64,000 nucleotides of DNA from Raillietiella orientalis. Taxonomy: Eukaryota. Both the position numbers and the translations under genes were made by a program. The stretch covers positions 3,720,001 to 3,784,000 of the forward strand of contig JAYWIR010000015.1 in NCBI GenBank assembly GCA_036172245.1. Reading direction: 5' to 3'. The number at the start of each line of letters is the position of its first letter. Position 1 is the first letter of the stretch. Of this stretch, positions 62,042-64,000 are shown in pieces. The notes beneath the pieces were generated by a model. That model saw only the letters and a list, made by a program, of their open reading frames with translations, was not told the origin of the DNA and ran no database searches.

Positions 62042-64000
62042 TGGAAACTATGAACATGAAGTTTGGTGGCTCCAATACAAGAGTATATGCATACATCAAA
62101 TAAAAAATGCGTTGAAGGTGGTTTGCTACTGTTCCTGTGTTGTGTAATTGGGGGTTTTCACTGGATTGAATACTTGGGAAACAAATTACCTATCTTGCAG
62201 CCACAGATAATCAGTAGAACCTGATTTCTTGCTGAAACATTCAAAACTAATATTGAGGTCATGAACCATTTTATAATTATATTGTTCACATTACATATTG
62301 TTTACTATAAAGATTAAGGAACAAGCTTCTGTAAGGGGGTGTATTTTTTTTTTCTCTGTGAAAAATTGGCTCGTAACAAACGGTATTTACAACAAAGTGT
62401 AGTTCTATGCTTATGTTTCCGTTGAGGAGTTTCCGTGGGAAATGCTGCTTGTGTAAACCCATGTTGTGTAGTAAAAGTGCATTTTATACGCATTGTCAGG
62501 AAAGATACAGGCATTCGTACAATTTCCTGAATATTTTTTACACAGATTTCCCTTCTCACTGCACGCAATGATAAAGGCAGCAGCAGTGAAGTAATGTTTT
62601 GTGCAGTTGTCAAATTTTGAATTTTATGCAAGCAAGCAACCAAAAAGCCACAGGAACCAGTGTCTTCGATTCATCAGTGCAACCTCAGGCTCTTATGAAG
62701 CAGTTATTCCTTCTGCGTGTTGCTATGAGCGATGATGATCATTGCTTTGTTGTAATTTTTGGGCCACAATAGTGCCATCTACACGTGTGTACCTCTTGTG
62801 AAGTTATTCCTCATCGACACACCAACCATGTCTGGATGTAACTGGTCACAAGGAAACATGAATGAGACTCCGAATGTAACATGGCGATTCTCGTAATGTG
62901 ACGTGGACTTCATGTGACCTTTTCGGCTTTCCTAGTTTATTTTCTCGATATATAAGTCGAGCATTTGTAGTAAACCCGTTTGTAACGTCTGTGAAGTAAA
63001 ATGCTCTTCGAAAGTTCTTGAAATTCGTGATCACAGGAACTTAGTCATGAGGCGCACAAATAGTAAAGAAGTGCTGTGTCCACAGTTTCCCTTTCATTGC
63101 TTTTTCATCCGAAACTTTTGAATACGTACACATTTCGAACGAAATGAGGGATGCATTTCTCACTTTGTTTCGTTTGCTAAGAACAGCTGATGGATTGGAA
63201 TACTTAGTAGAAAGAAGTGTTTGGACCCGGTAAGGTGGTTGGATACAGGGCATGCAATACACGGAACACTACCAACCATTTCTGAAGAGATCTGTAACTG
63301 CTCTCCGTCAGGAGACCTCAGCGTCGGACTTTTCTATGTTTGAGTGGCCGTGAGTTCAAAATCCCTGTACGTGTTGATCAGGTTTGCTGTATTAGCAGCC
63401 TATTAGCCTTCCATGTTTACTGTGCTGTTTCCGTAGAGCTTACCTCGTAAGTGTTACACGTGCAAGGGCTATATATATCATGGGTGTGTGCGCGTAAGAA
63501 CGCTTTTCATCGAACTCGCATTTATGAGTTGCAGCTAGTGATGGTGTATGGCAGAAGTAGCTGCTTCAGTCTTTTAATTTCAGCATACAGAGAATCCTCA
63601 AACTGTTTTACAGGTTTTTCATGTTGAAACTCGGCAACAAGCAATACTAGTCTCATTTTTCCAGCAAAATATTTTTTTAAAACTAAGATGCACGGCGAAG
63701 GTTCTTCATGTGATGATTGTAAGATACCTTGTCTTCTGCAGGTGTTTTCAAATATAAACTGGTATGGAAAACTTTTCAATGAAAGAGGGGTTGTTATCTT
63801 AGCATTAGGCCTAGTGGATTCTTGGGGGAGGACTCCAGCGCTAAGCTAAAGTTTGATTTCATCTTCGGAGTAGTAACTAGGTGCTGAAAATTGCCACAAA
63901 AACATCAGTTGAGAAAGGGAAGAGGTGATGCTGGCATCCTCCCGGTGACACAGAGGTCTTGAAGAACCGATCTGCAGAACTCGTTTTTCAGCGAATTCCT

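Overview
Eukaryotic genomic DNA, most likely from an arthropod (the tropomodulin and RalBP1 sequences are insect/crustacean-like). No prokaryotic features. Five spliced protein-coding genes were rebuilt by hand from GT-AG sites and reading phase. (1) The 5' part (tail region) of a DNAH6-like axonemal dynein heavy chain on the minus strand, ~19.1 kb to beyond the left edge. (2) Tropomodulin (+). (3) A RalBP1/RLIP76-like gene (-) whose RhoGAP arginine finger is replaced by valine. (4) A PWWP + LEDGF/IBD chromatin reader (+). (5) RPS27 (+). Three intronic box H/ACA guide RNAs are visible with plausible targets: 28S helix 69, the 28S site(s) guided by SNORA3/snR11, and U2 snRNA U7. Most introns are only 41-55 nt and several lack a polypyrimidine tract. 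Composition is mosaic: GC- and CpG-rich over the dynein gene, AT-rich and CpG-poor over the housekeeping genes. Homology statements come from recalled family motifs, not database searches.
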